NCBI RefSeq assembly: GCF_009914755.1 | Contig: NC_060931.1 | Reading direction: 5' to 3' (one strand) | DNA length: 64,000 nucleotides | Origin: the human T2T-CHM13v2.0 reference genome, Homo sapiens | Shown: positions 16,996 to 35,201 of the stretch, in pieces | How the letters are laid out: every line of letters starts with the position of its first letter | Numbering within the stretch: the first letter of the stretch is position 1 | Notes under the pieces: model-generated | Database searches by the model: none | Seen by the model: the letters and a program-made list of their open reading frames with translations, nothing else | Told to the model about the DNA's origin: nothing | Program-made: the position numbers and the translations under genes

Positions 16996-18166
16996 TTTCA
17001 AATTATTTTAAAAGCTCAAGTTAGGTTATGTAATACTGTTATTTTAACCTTTACAATTTATCTTGTATATTTTTCCGTATTATCACATATTTCTTCTTCC
17101 TTGTTCATCTTTGGGACTATTTACTAGTATAAGCTTCTGTTAATTATTTAACTTTTCTCTATTGATGGGCAATTAGAATATTTCCAGTTTTTTCACTACT
17201 ACTAACCTTGCTATAACATTCCTTCTTTGACCCATATATCTTTCCACACTGTATGATTATAAGTCATTGTCTAAAATTTAGACAAAACTCTAAAGACTCT
17301 AGATACAAAAAGACTATCAGGGCAAAGGAACACTTAGCTATAAAATCCAACTTAAGTTGCTGTCATTACCATTAAGACCATAAGTCTCATAACCTTTGAT
17401 TCGGTGATTACATTTTAAAGGAAAATATTCAGTAGAAGGAAAAGGCTCTATTTTTGACATTATCTGTAATACTAAAAAACTGAAAAATGATCTAAATGTC
17501 TACTAATAGAGGCATTATAAGGAAATCAAGTAACACCTTTATGGCTATAAAACAATAATTAGGAAGACTATGTAACTGTATTAAAAATATTTATATGTTC
17601 ACAGTAAAAAAAACACACACACTTTACATTTTAGGCTGTAATCCAGAGATTGTAAGTTCCTCATGGGCCTAATGTATCCCAGGCAGATGTTCTGTTTGGA
17701 CTACACAACTTCTTTGAAATTAGAATTTGACTATCTTTAGGCATGGTGAACATTCTCCAATTCACTGTCATCTACATCACTTTCTGATGTTTTATAACCA
17801 ATGCTTTGCCTTACTCAGGTACCTACATTCCTGACCCCCGAATGTGGATGAAAACTCAGAAGGACTTAGAAAAATATAGACAGATCTCCTGACGGGGAGT
17901 GAGCTGCTCAGTGCATTTTCCTTTGGGAGAAACAGTGCCTCCACTTACCGTTAAAAAATCTTATACCAGTTATCACATATGTTAAATATATGTACATACA
18001 TACACAGCATGGTGAATGTTTTCCCACCAGATTGGCTTCCAATGCCAATTTGTGCAATTCAAGGTTAAACAAACTATAAATTGTCCATTTCCCAAGGGCA
18101 CATAAGAAATAAAGATATGTTTCTTCCCACATCCCACACCTCCTTAAGAACCCCCAGTATCACTCA

Positions 18167-18382
<216 letters not shown>

Positions 18383-18627
18383 TTACTTCCCTACACTTGG
18401 GAGCAAGTAAAGGAATCAACAAAAGTGCTCTCATTAGCCCTTCAAACCCTCTGGGTTGATGCAGTCTGCATATGCATGCCTAGACTTCCCTTCAAAGGGG
18501 CAGCGGGCATCATTTCAGAAAACGACTTTCTACACCTTAGAAGTGAAGTTTCTTCGGGATGAGGCTATTGTTTTGTTCCTGTCATAACGTATATGACATA
18601 TATACATATGCACACATGCGAACATGA

Positions 18628-18653
18628 ACACACACACACACACACACACACAC
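18628..18653. repeat. (AC)n microsatellite at an Alu tail
   Basis: Seen directly. Confidence 0.9.
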
Positions 18654-18659
18654 TCGCTC

Positions 18660-18925
18660 TCTCTTTTTTGAGATAGGGTCTCACTCTGTTGCCCAGGCTG
18701 GCGTGCAGTGCACTGCAGCTTTGACCTTCCAGCCTCAAGTGATCCTCCCACCTCAGCTTCCCAGGTAGCTCAGACTACAGAAGTCCATCAACATGCCTGG
18801 CTAATTAAAAACAATTTTTTTTTTTAAGAGATGAGGAGTCTTTCTATGTTGCCCAGACTGGTCTCAAACTCCTGGGCTCAAGAGATCCTCCCAAAGTGCT
18901 GGAACTACAGGTGTAAGCACTTGAC
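18660..18925 (-). mobile_element. AluJ
   Basis: Diverged dimer. Confidence 0.88.
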
Positions 18926-19568
18926 CAGTATATTTTTAAAATTAAACAGATTTCCAAAAACTCTTGAGCTTAAAGATCAAAAGTGATCCAGAGTAAAGGT
19001 TCAGATACCTGAAAGAGCAGGGGCAAAAAGTATACTAAGCCACCATGTCAGAAAGTATACATATGAGACATATGAGTCCAGAATCTTAAGGATTTTAAGG
19101 CCATCTCTCTCAGAATAAGTCCTATCCATTCAGTTCCTTTGTGATATCTGCCTGTTCTTTGTGTTAAAAAACCTTGCTCTTGTTGCTGTTTAATTTACTT
19201 ATATATTTTTTATATAAGTATATCTAAGAATTCTCTTTATGCCTTTCCTATGCACAAAAATTGTCTACTCCCTTTACTTCCTTCCTTTCTAAAATAAAAA
19301 TTCTACAGACTTCCTCTGGGTTCTTATTTTCAGTTTAATTGTTGTCCTTTGGGTCAGCACTAATATTTCTTCATCCCTTTCTTAAGTGGAATGTATACTT
19401 CAGTCATAGTTTTGGGCTGTAAAATTACTCTTTTATACCTAATTTTTTTTACATTATATATTTTCCCATCATATTCATTTATGGCCATAATAGGCCAGAG
19501 CAAAAGTATTATAAATGCTCATGAAGTACTAAGCATTTCTTAATTATGGATACATAACAGCTCCTTAA

Positions 19569-19912
<344 letters not shown>

Positions 19913-21024
19913 TGATATACAGTACACTCCTTAGAGTACATGGCTACCTGGTTTCTATTCCTGTCCAAACTTCTTGTTCTCATTTTTTGTTGTTGTTGTT
20001 CGCACTTAACAATATGCTTACAATCAAGAATGTTTTCATAAAGTTAGATTTACATAAGTTTTCTGTTACTTGGGAACCAAATGTATTTGTAAAAAAGTTT
20101 AAGCAGAGTATGAAGACTTTTTCCCTCAGGTCAAGGACTTTTGAATTAAATTTGCTGATTCCTGGAGGCTCAAAAAGTACTTTTCTTTAGAAAAACAAAT
20201 ATGCTACTCTATCAGGTTGAAATGGAACATGTGTATTGAACCAGAGAGGAATAGGTACTATCTGTTATATATTATTATTATCAATTTTATATTCTGTGGT
20301 TCTGTAAGACAGCTCACTTTAACTAGGTCCCAATGAGTACTTTCCTGAACTGCTTTTATTAATTATAATATTAAAAATTATAAATTCCATTTTAAAAATG
20401 ATTTCAGGTTATATTATACTTTACCATTCTACTCAACTTTCACACAGTACACATAACCTGAGTTATGGTCATGTGGCCCAGTACTGAAATTACTTGGGCA
20501 TTATTAGATAGCTTTAAAAAAACAACTCCATCCTTAGGTGGGTGATAAAGGATCTGGTTCAAAGAAATCCAAAGGGGAAATATATCCAACTGTACATTGT
20601 GGGTTACTTTGACAATTATGTGCTTCCAAATGTTCTGGCTAGATGTATCACCAAGAAATAATACAGTGCTATAGAATAAGTCTGAAAGGATTAAATACTT
20701 CTTGAGTAATACGTAACTAATATAACTGACATTTGGGCATCTCTCACAAGTGAACAAATTTCACATTGGACAGCCACACAACTGAATTCAATGCTTGATA
20801 CTTACTTCTGGTAATATACCCCCTATGACAGTGACATAGAAACATGCTTTAAAGAACTCAATAATAAATTACTGATCTTTACGGGCCTCTTCATCTACCA
20901 ATCTAATTTGGCAATATGCCTAAATTTGGTTCCATGGACAGAAAACAGGGCTAGTTTCAAAATTAGGGTTGGCCTTAAGGAACCAAAGCCTATTACATTT
21001 AGGGACTATGAGATAAATTCCTCA

Positions 21025-21294
<270 letters not shown>

Positions 21295-21305
21295 TTAATA
21301 GGAAA

Positions 21306-21357
21306 GTGTGTGTGTGTGTGCGCGCGTGGCTGTGTGTGTGTGTATGCAGGTGTGTGT
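21306..21357. repeat. (TG)n/(CG)n alternating purine-pyrimidine tract
   Basis: Seen directly. Confidence 0.85.
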
Positions 21358-21625
21358 AAAATGACAGCTGGATTCACAAAGTCCAGAAGTTTTTTGTCTT
21401 TAGAAAGAAAATGAAGGAGTTTATTAGTATCCAAGGAATGAACATGGGTTTCAACAGAGATTAATGCTTAGATTTTTCATGATTTGAAGGCAGAAAACAT
21501 GGTTAAGAATTAAAGTTAGCAATTTTTAAAATTTTTTTCTCTTCATCTTCTATGTGATGGTATTAATTTTTTTTTAATGTGAAAAATAACTTGTGTTCCT
21601 ATTTCCTTTTTTAAAAACTAAGTCA

Positions 21626-21926
21626 GCCTGGCATGGCAGCACACACCATAGTCCCAGCCACTCCAAAGGCGCAGGTAGGGGAACAGCTTGAACCCAGTGT
21701 TCTGGGCTAGAGCATGCTATACCAATTGGGTGCCTGTACTAAGTTCAGCATCAATGTGGTGACCTCCCAGGAGTGAGGAACCACTCCTGGGTTGCCTAAG
21801 GAGGGAGGGGTGAACAGCCCAAGTCAGAAACAGAGTGGGTCAAAATTCCATTCTGATCTGTAGTGGGATCTCGCCTGTGAATGGCCACTACAGTCTGTCT
21901 GGGTAACACAGCCGGAACCCCAAGTC
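21626..21926 (+). pseudogene. Full-length 7SL (SRP) RNA pseudogene with (CAAAA)n tail; possibly RN7SL306P (recalled, not verified)
   Basis: S-domain sequence absent from Alu: CTAAGTTCAGCATCAATGTGGTGACCTCCC..GGTTGCCTAAGGAGGG..GGTCAAAA..TAGTGGGATCTCGCCTGTGAAT. Confidence 0.93.
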
Positions 21927-22043
21927 ACAACAAAACAAAACAAAACAAAACCAACTGAAATTAGAATTGAAGACGTCTATCAGAGATCTAATTTTTTCTA
22001 TCGAAAAAAAAAAAAACCCTTTTTTTCTTCTTGCGGTCTTTAA

Positions 22044-22338
22044 TTTTTTTTTTTCTGAGACAGCGTCTTGCTCTGTCACCCAGGCTGGAGTGCAGTGGCC
22101 TGATCTTAGCTAACTGAAACCTCCATCCCCTGGGTTCAAGCAATTCTCCTGCCTCAGCCTCCCTAGAAACTGGGATTACAGGCATACACTACCACACTTG
22201 GCTAATTTTTGTATTTTTAGTAGAGACAGGGTTTCACCATGTTGGCCAGGCTGGTCTTGAACTCCTGACCTCAAGTGATCTGCACGCCTTGGCCTCCCAA
22301 AGTGCTGGGATTACAGGCGTGAGCCACTGCGCCTGGCC
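22044..22338 (-). mobile_element. AluS
   Basis: TSD CTTCTTG(C/T)GGTCTTTA. Confidence 0.93.
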
Positions 22339-22807
22339 CTTCTTGTGGTCTTTAAATACACATGTATTTCTAATACCTTGAGAAAAATATTTTTTAAATT
22401 GCCTTTCCCTTCTAGTTATTTTCTTCTCTCTTTTACTGCCAAACTTCTTAAATGAATAGCCTAAATAGAATGCAGAATACTTACTTCTTCACTGCTCTCC
22501 CCTGTCTACAATTCTACTCCACATCTAATCAAACCTACCTTCGAAATTCCTGTGAAGCACTTTACTACTCCCACTGCTTAGTTGTCTACTAACAAACTTA
22601 GTACTATTCTGACTTGCTCTGATCTTGGCTTAGAGGCAGTATGACTATCTGCCTCTCTAATCCATCAAAATTCTACCTCTAATTCATGGCTTCATTTAAA
22701 TCCCTCCCCTTCCATAAAGTTATTCCAACTCTTTTTGGTCTAGAGCTTTCCCTCGTCTGATCTCATACCAATCATGACTTTTATCACTCATCTGACAATC
22801 AAATACT

Positions 22808-23028
22808 GGAGGCCAAGGTGGGAGGATCACTTGAGGCCAGGAGTTCAAGACCAACCTGGGCAACATGGTGAAATGCCATCTCTACAAAAAATATAAAAAC
22901 TAGCCAGGCATGGTGTTGAATGTCTGTAGTCCTGGCTACTCAGTAGCTGAGGATCCCTTGAGATTCACATCACTGTACTCCAGCCTAGGCGACAGAGCAA
23001 GACCCTGTTTCAAAAACAAATGAAAAAC
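22808..23028 (+). mobile_element. AluJ, truncated and deleted
   Basis: Alu blocks; TSD CAAA(T/C)ACTGG. Confidence 0.85.
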
Positions 23029-23207
23029 ACCAAACACTGGCATCTTGTTGTTACTTAACTCTTTAAACTTGTTTCTCTCTTCAACTAGACACCAAATGAT
23101 TTGGGAGCATGAACAGTTTTAGACTGCTTTATATAGCCTAAAGCACCCAGCACAAGTGTCTTAGTTGATATTTTGGCTAGTGAATGATCCACTATGATAT
23201 ATGTCTA

Positions 23208-23905
<698 letters not shown>

Positions 23906-24347
23906 GGACCATATCTTAAGATTAGTATATTAAAAGACGTGTCACCACATCCTATTTCCAACTAAGATTTTATAAATCAAGAAAGACCAGTCAAAAGGAC
24001 CTACAAGTAGAAACTCTCCTAGGTTAAAAAGTCCTAAAGATGCTAGAACAGCATTTCCCAAACTAAAGTTCACAGAATTCCAGTTCCCAGGATGTCAACA
24101 GGAATCCCTCAAAGAAAAGGTTGTGTGTTCAGGTAAGCTTGGGAAATGCTGCTGGATTTTGAAAGTAGTTTTGCTTGTTTATTTTTTCCTTTAAACTACT
24201 ATCAGGTTTCTAAGTTCCTTTAATATACAGGGAGAATCTCTTCAGAAAAAGGTACAGTATACTCCAAACTTGTTTCATCATTTGTATAAAGAACATTTTT
24301 AGGGACTAGTTTTCCAAGGAATACATACCCTAAGAAAACAGAGGGTG

Positions 24348-24741
<394 letters not shown>

Positions 24742-24756
24742 CTATCCAAAAACTAA

Positions 24757-25113
<357 letters not shown>

Positions 25114-25759
25114 TCAACATTACTTTGCATTTGTAAATGATATAACAGTTGGGCTTTTGTTGTTTCGAAAATAATGATTTTTCTTTTTTTTTTTTTTTTA
25201 ATGCTGATATGGTAACAGTTTTGGTTCAAATTCCTTAGTTAGGGACTAAGGAATTCAAGCAGAAGTTTGGCAATCATATTATCAGTGCTACTGATAAAGT
25301 AGGCTGTGAGTAGAGCTGAGAAATACAGTATGAGATAACTGCTAAGGCATCTTAAAATCCCAAACATTCTTTATTCCGAAACTGATTATATCTAAAGGAT
25401 GCTAAGCTTCTCAAAGAGAAGGTTGAGGTGAAACATGAAATCGCAACAGCATGAACAGTTAAAACCTACAGAGGACTGTAGAGATGATCTAGTCAAGTGT
25501 TTTGCCAGGCACACTGCATTGTCTTGTGTGTGAGCCCTCCTTCCTGGCAGGAACTCAGCTCCTTTATCCCTTGCTTCCCGCAATACTCTGCGTCACTGCT
25601 GGGGATATATCAGCTTGCAATTTACCTTTGGGTTATGAATCATTAATCTACTTACTCCAGTGACTTCATTTTACAAGAATAAAACAACCAAGGGTCAGAT
25701 GGCAAGACTAAGCAGTGATAGGATGAGCAATTAAGAAATGGGCTCTTCAGAAGGATTTA

Positions 25760-25855
<96 letters not shown>

Positions 25856-26699
25856 CTAAAACAAAACAGTGATTTTAAAAGAAATGCTTTTTCAGAAATG
25901 CCACAGCATTCAGACTTGCCAAATATTTATTACAATAAGTACAAAAGGAACAAAGAAGAAAAGCACAGCTGGGAAAAGAAAAAGATTGTAATGAGAATCT
26001 GATCAGGAAAAGAAACACATAAATCCTTCCCAGTTGACATAAACAGTTTTCACCTATGAAGTCCACATTTAAGAAAGGGTTGAGAAAACAGATTTTAGCT
26101 GATAAAACTCAACAGATGTCATCTCAAAGTTTTAGAAATTTCTGAAAGCAAAGATTCTATTTAGGTATAGTCCACTAAGGGAGTGGAAGTTTTTATAATA
26201 ATTATGAAATATCAATTTTAAATGAAAAGACATCTTGGGAAAAGAAACAACATTCTTCAACTCAATATTCCCCTCTGTGGCTGGAAGGGAGGGAAAAGCA
26301 GTATCTGAGGAGCTGTTTCCAATGCTATTATTAATTCTAAAACCCTCCCTGCTGCTAAGTAAACTAGTCAGTTGGCTGTTCCAGGCAAGAAGTTAAAAAT
26401 ACAATAATGCTTGAGCTTAGAGATTCATTTTTCTCACCTCCTCCCCCCTCCAAACACCCTATCTCTGGAAGAGCATAAACCAGGCAGTAACATGTAATAA
26501 TCATTACACTCATGTGGTCAGTCTCTCATTCTCTCAAACAGGCCTGTTCAGAGAACAACTGGGAAGCTTCCACCTCCCTGTTATTAGGAAATCAACATGC
26601 CTGGGGGAAAACATAAAGAAGCAACAGAATTAAAGACATGGTAAAGAATACGCTGCTAGGCCTTCAGACCCTCTAGGCCTGATGCGTCTACACTCCTCA

Positions 26700-26852
<153 letters not shown>

Positions 26853-27307
26853 TCAATGCTTCGTCCTTCAAAAAGTACCAACTTACGAAGCTGTCTCCAG
26901 GAAGAAATTCAGAGATAGATTGGCTTCTTCTCTTTAAGGCAACATAGTATAAAGCTTCTTAGCACTATTTTGTGAAACACAGGGCTCAATATCTCAATGA
27001 TTTTCAGGTTCTCTATTCTTCCAACCCTTTGACCTTTCATCTTCCCAAGACAATGCTGTATAAGAGTTAAAGCTAGAAGCTATCAGGGAACTCATGGATT
27101 ATTTGCAAAACCCCAGCACAGAATATTTCATCCAGTACGTAAAAGTTGCTCTCATTTGCACTGTAGATAAGTCATACTTTTAAATAGGATATATAGCCAC
27201 AGTTGGGAAAACAGTATCAAACACCTTCATCTTGGAGAAGACAGTGAAAGCATTGTTTAAATTTTGAGTTGCTCCTAAACCTATTTTATCTTTTAAGTAA
27301 AAAATAG

Positions 27308-27547
<240 letters not shown>

Positions 27548-27804
27548 TGATTTGTTTAGAATTTTTACTCCACTATCCTCCCAGAATTAAGAAACAATTG
27601 TACACTCACCTATTTAAAATGCCACCACAGTACATATGTATTGATCTTATTACATAAATTCAACTCTATGAACTTGGGACTGAAAGGATACAGTAACTTA
27701 ATTCTTCTGTTGGCATATGCCATGGAATGAGCATGAGATGGGAGCTATGAATCCATTCCATGTTGTAAACTCAAAATTATATGCTCTACTAAGGAATGAT
27801 TAAG

Positions 27805-28025
27805 TCAAGGGTTGCCAAACATTTTCTTAAAGGGCTACTTTGTAAAAAGTATAGATCTTATCCACCATTCAGTCTTCTGCCCACTCAAGTTTGCCAGTGT
27901 AGCACAAAAATGACCAATAGATAATACTTAAATGAATTATGGCTATAGCTCAGTAAAACATTAAAAAAAACACAAAAACAAAAATAGGTGGCAAGGCCAC
28001 TGACTATCAATTGCTGGCTCCTGAG
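27805..28025. mobile_element. MER58-like hAT element
   Basis: CAAGGGTTGCCAAACATTTTCTTAAAGGGC start; AAAAATAGGTGGC. Confidence 0.6.
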
Positions 28026-28377
28026 TTAAGGGATTTTTTAAGGATAATTTTCATTTTTGTCACATGTACTGACTCTAGAACACACTTCCTATATAATAGT
28101 GCTACCTACTCTATTGGGTTAGTCATATACTTAACTGGCAGGAATTAAAAAACAGTATCAAAGTCATGAGGGTATCCTCCAACAGCAAAGGGGCAGTCTA
28201 TCAAGTTGTAGTAGACCCAGAATGTATTGCACTGAAGGGGACACTTGACCAGAGGTGGCAATCGCCTAAATGCGAACATACATTATTGTGCTCAGCATAT
28301 AGTGAAAGTAGAGAAATCACTAAAAATTAAAATTCTGTTGAAATATTTACCTGTACAATCTTTAATCAAATCTATAA

Positions 28378-28786
<409 letters not shown>

Positions 28787-29557
28787 AGGGGGAACTCATT
28801 CTTAAGGCCAGGACCTCCTTAAAATCTGCACCCTAGGTGCTCTCCTCTCCCTAGGTGGAGCATGGTCACTTCAGGTTGGGTGGGGTATGACTCTAGCCTG
28901 GAGCTCTGTGACTGTTTTCCTCACAGCATGGGTACAAAATTTCAGAAAGCACCTCAGAGTCCTGCAAATGCAGGATTGGCACTTTGCCTTGTGTCCCTAA
29001 ATCTTGTGCCCTAGGCACTGGCATCCTGGCCCTGCTCTAAGGTTAACATCAACACAATTACTTAGTGACTTAAGCATAGGCATCTCATACAGTTCTAGAT
29101 GAGAATATGATTTTAGAGAACATCATTTAGTGAGTCATACCATCATAATTACATATCAATCTTAATGACTAAAAGAGTCAAATTTATTTTTTGACAAGAG
29201 ACTTCTGTGGACAACTAACTGTGGCCAAGATTGAAGAAAATCCCTTTGGGCAAAGAAACAGCAAAGTCTGACTTGCTACATTTTTTCCCCAAGGATCTCA
29301 ATATAAAAATGCTTACCATTAGTATATAAGTACTGAGCCCAAGTCATTCGCTTCACAGAATTTCACAATGGACTGTGTTGCTACTTAGAATACTGCTATA
29401 GCTACTATACAGAAGCGATTTTAGGCTGTTTCCCTTATAGACAATGTACCTATCACAGGCACTAATCTCTTTCAAGTGTTTTTTTAGTTTGTTAATAAAT
29501 ACAAAAGTGTTTCATTTCATCAGCAAAGTTTTTGTTCTAAAGGCTCCTATTTCAAAT

Positions 29558-30092
<535 letters not shown>

Positions 30093-30861
30093 TCATTTAG
30101 CTTTTAAATAACTGGGACAAAACTTTCTGTATAGGAACACACATGGCCAGCATGCTCAGGTTCAATAGACTACCCACCACAAAACCCTATCACTTAACAA
30201 GAGAAAACAGTGCCTCTTTAGAACTGGAAGAGCATGTCTAACTTTGCTAAAAGACAGAGATACACAATTTCCTAAACTTCAGACTTCCCGAAAGGCTATG
30301 AAAAGAATTGGTACGAGCTATATAGGAAGAGATGTTTAAAGATAGTTCCTGGAAGGTGGAAGAATTTGAACAAAAGGACTAGAGTTAAGGAAATGGCATC
30401 ATTTGAGACCATTGGACACTTAAGAGTATTTAGTGTTGATGTAATTTGTCCTCTGAAGTCTCAAAAGCAATTCTTAAAACATGACTTTTGATCCTCATAT
30501 AACCTTCAGTGAAAAAAGTAGAGGGGAAGTATGTCATCACTGAGGAAAACGAAGTCACTAGCTTTGTCAAAAATATTCTGCTGGTATTGATCAGGCCTCC
30601 TAGTAACTCTAGGAGTCACACAGTGAATCTCTTTCTACCACTTCTCTGGTCTTTCAAGGCATTCCCTTGCAGCCTGTTTTGTTATCAAATCTAAAATAAA
30701 AGACATTTGGATGGCTCTGTCCCTCATTTCATTGAAACCACATCAACAAACTGAATCTCCCTATGAACTTGGAAGACAGTATCTTCTCAGGTGAGTTACC
30801 CAAAGCCCTGTAAGGAAAAAAGAAGCAAGCCTTGATTCCACAAGCATCCATTAGCACTTAC

Positions 30862-30922
30862 TTCCTGTATGACTTTCTGACACGGATGAGTCTGTCCATT
30901 TTCCACAATGGGATTGGTATGC
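30862..30922 (-). CDS. TNPO3: TNPO3 exon 15: (R)[20 protein letters not shown]
   Basis: 61 nt; TCCCAG|GCA ... GAA|GTAAGT. Confidence 0.96.
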
Positions 30923-31215
30923 CTGGGAAAAGACAACAGCCCAAAATAGTGAACAAAGACCAATTTCACTGAGGACCCAGAGCCCTGATCCCTGCTTGCT
31001 TACTTAGTATCATTTTCACCAAATAAAGAAAACCAGATGATAAAGTCATTTACTTACATCACCTTTATAAGCACATCCTTTAAATCATCCTATCATTTTT
31101 TGGCCACCTTTAAGTCACTTCCAATAGAACACGCAAATTCAATCCAACTTTGGGTAGATGGGCTGTGAGGCACTATGGCTATCTTTTCCATTTTTCCCTT
31201 TATAAACCCAAATAT

Positions 31216-31630
31216 GGGCTGGGTGTGGTGGCTCACGCCTGTAATCCCAGCACTCTGGGAGGCCAAGGCGGGTAGATCACCTGAGTCCAGGAGTTCAAGA
31301 CCAGCCTGACCAATATGGTGAAAACCCGTCTCTACTAAAAATACAAAAATAAGCCGGGCGTGGTGGCGCATGCCTGTAATCCCAGCTACTTGGGAGGCTG
31401 GTGGTGGTGCATGCCTATAATCCCAGCTACTTGGGAGGCTGGTGGTGGCACATGCCTATAATCCCAGCTACTTAGGAGGCTGAGGCAGAAGAATCACTTG
31501 AACGTGGGAGGCAGTGGTTGCAGTGAACCGAGATCACACCATTGTACTCCGGCCTGGGCAACAAGCGGATGAAGTAAAACTCCATCTCAAAAACAAACAA
31601 ACAAAAACAACAACAACAACAACAACAAAA
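31216..31630 (+). mobile_element. AluS with internal 3 x 41-bp tandem repeat and (CAA)n tail
   Basis: Alu dimer; repeat at 31360-31482. Confidence 0.93.
31360..31482 (+). repeat. Alu-derived minisatellite, 3 x 41 bp
   Basis: Unit GTGGTGGYRCATGCCTRTAATCCCAGCTACTTRGGAGGCTG. Confidence 0.92.
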
Positions 31631-32365
31631 CCAAACCTGAATATGTAGTTTCTTCCTAATTAACAAAAAAATATACACAGGTTGTCTAAATCCACTACTA
31701 GAAACCAAGTATTGCTTCATTCCTTGCATTAAAAGACTAAAAGCTATAGGAACTGTAGTCCAAAGATGTTGTAGTTCTAGTTTGAATCCAATGTACTTTC
31801 CACAATCAGTCAAATACAACTCCTCTGTCTAGTTCGATAGCTCACAATTTGAAGAAAAGCAGGAAAAAAAAACCACACATAATTAACTACAAACTACTTT
31901 AAAGGAAAGCTACTCTTTAGTTTTAAAAAGCTCAACAGCAACTTAATAAAAATTTAACTTTAATTCAAGTATTTACATCTATTTCAGATTTTCTTTCATT
32001 TACTGTGAAATAAGGGTTACTGTTAATAGGTTCTCAGAATGGCATGTTAATAGGGCTCTCCTAATTATAAAAGGAAAACATTGCACCAACTGAGAGAAAG
32101 ATATCTGTTGACAATAACTAGTAACACATCACCTTTTTAAATATTTATCCCACATAGGCTTCTACACAATGATTACTATAACATTCCAGTTATACATGGG
32201 TCCCAAAAATTATAAATTATGTTACTCAGTAAGAATTACTCTTTGAAAACTGTCACTCAAATGCCTTTTTAATCATTAGGCTCCTCCTCTTCACTTCAAA
32301 GATGCATTAATTTCACCTGATCACTGAAGAAACTTCATTATATTTTTGTACCCATACACTATATA

Positions 32366-32545
32366 CAGCGATGGTTCTGAAAGTATGGTCTCTGGATTAG
32401 CAAGCAGAATCATCAGCATCACCTGGGAATTATCAGAAATGCAAATTTTCAGGTCCTACCCAAGATCTAATGAATCAGACACTGAGGGGATGGGATCTAG
32501 CAATCTGTGTTTTGATAAGCCCAGGTGATTCTGATGCATGTGGAA
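32366..32545 (+). mobile_element. MER5A
   Basis: CAGCATCACCTGGGAA..AGAAATGCAAATT..GAATCAGA..GGTGATTCTGATGCA. Confidence 0.8.
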
Positions 32546-32621
32546 TGATGATATATGTGAAAGTTTGGTCTTTTGGTCTCCACAGAACTGGAGACCAAAA
32601 GAATTCCATTTTTAAAGAGTC

Positions 32622-32929
<308 letters not shown>

Positions 32930-33138
32930 TAAAGAGTATTTTAACACAAAGACCTACCAGGAATGAATTCTTAGAATTTGCCTTTGCCCCAGAACTTCAG
33001 GTAACAGCTGGCTTAATTAGTCTCCAAACATAGGGAGATACTTGGAAGTATGAGGAAAAAATACTTGCTTACTTCAATATACAATGGTTTCATTTGAGCC
33101 TTTAACCCAAGTAAGGCATCCAGAGTCTCCTTTCTTAC

Positions 33139-33215
33139 CTAAATATCACTGCAAGGCGATCTAAGAACACTGTGGGATCTGAGGATATGCCATTGCTGGG
33201 CTCTTGAGACAACAG
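33139..33215 (-). CDS. TNPO3: TNPO3 exon 14: [25 protein letters not shown](R)
   Basis: 77 nt; CTTCAG|CTG ... TAG|GTAAGA. Confidence 0.96.
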
Positions 33216-33888
33216 CTGAAGAGACAAAAGGACATTAACACCCAATTGTCACATGTACAAATCTACAGCCAACACTGCAACATACATCAACCTTTGTCTC
33301 AATCTCTGCTTATTTCCTTATATAAAGTCCTAAAAGTATATAAACTCCTAAAAGTTACTCAAATGGCGCAAATTTTAATTTATATTGTCAAATTATTTTC
33401 CTCCATCTTATTGCATCCTGGCCAAGACTACATATTGCTACATTTTACTGTCTGATTACTGAGGAGTAGAAAACAGTATCATTTGATTTTTTTCCCATTT
33501 ACCTTAATTATTATTATTACATATTACATAATATAGATTGTATATATGTTATGTTACACAATATGTAAAAGATTATATATTTAGCTTTATATTATAAGGC
33601 TTTAAAATTATTATAGCTTTGTAATATATTTTAAGCAAATTGTCTCTTACTCTTCTTTCCTAAAATTTCTTAGATACTCCCATTAGTAAATCATCAGAGA
33701 TGAACTACAGAATTATTTTATCAAGTTCTAAAAATCCCATTGGTATGTCTAAAGTTATTGCACTATAAATATAACTGGAGAAGAGTTGACATCTTTATAT
33801 CCTTTAAGGAAACATGGTAGGTTCAGGCGTTGATTGCTAACTTGAATGAATTCTTTTCCCATTACATTTTCTAACTGATGATTACCAA

Positions 33889-34858
<970 letters not shown>

Positions 34859-35024
34859 CTGATATAATGAGAATCTATTAATTCTGAAATATTTATTGTA
34901 TGCAGCTACTTTGATTACATTAATTTTAATAAATTCTTAGTGCATTTTCTTGGATTTTCTAGGTAGACAAAAGATCTGTAAATAAGTAATTTCATCTTTT
35001 CATTTTTAACATGTAAACATCTTA

Positions 35025-35201
<177 letters not shown>

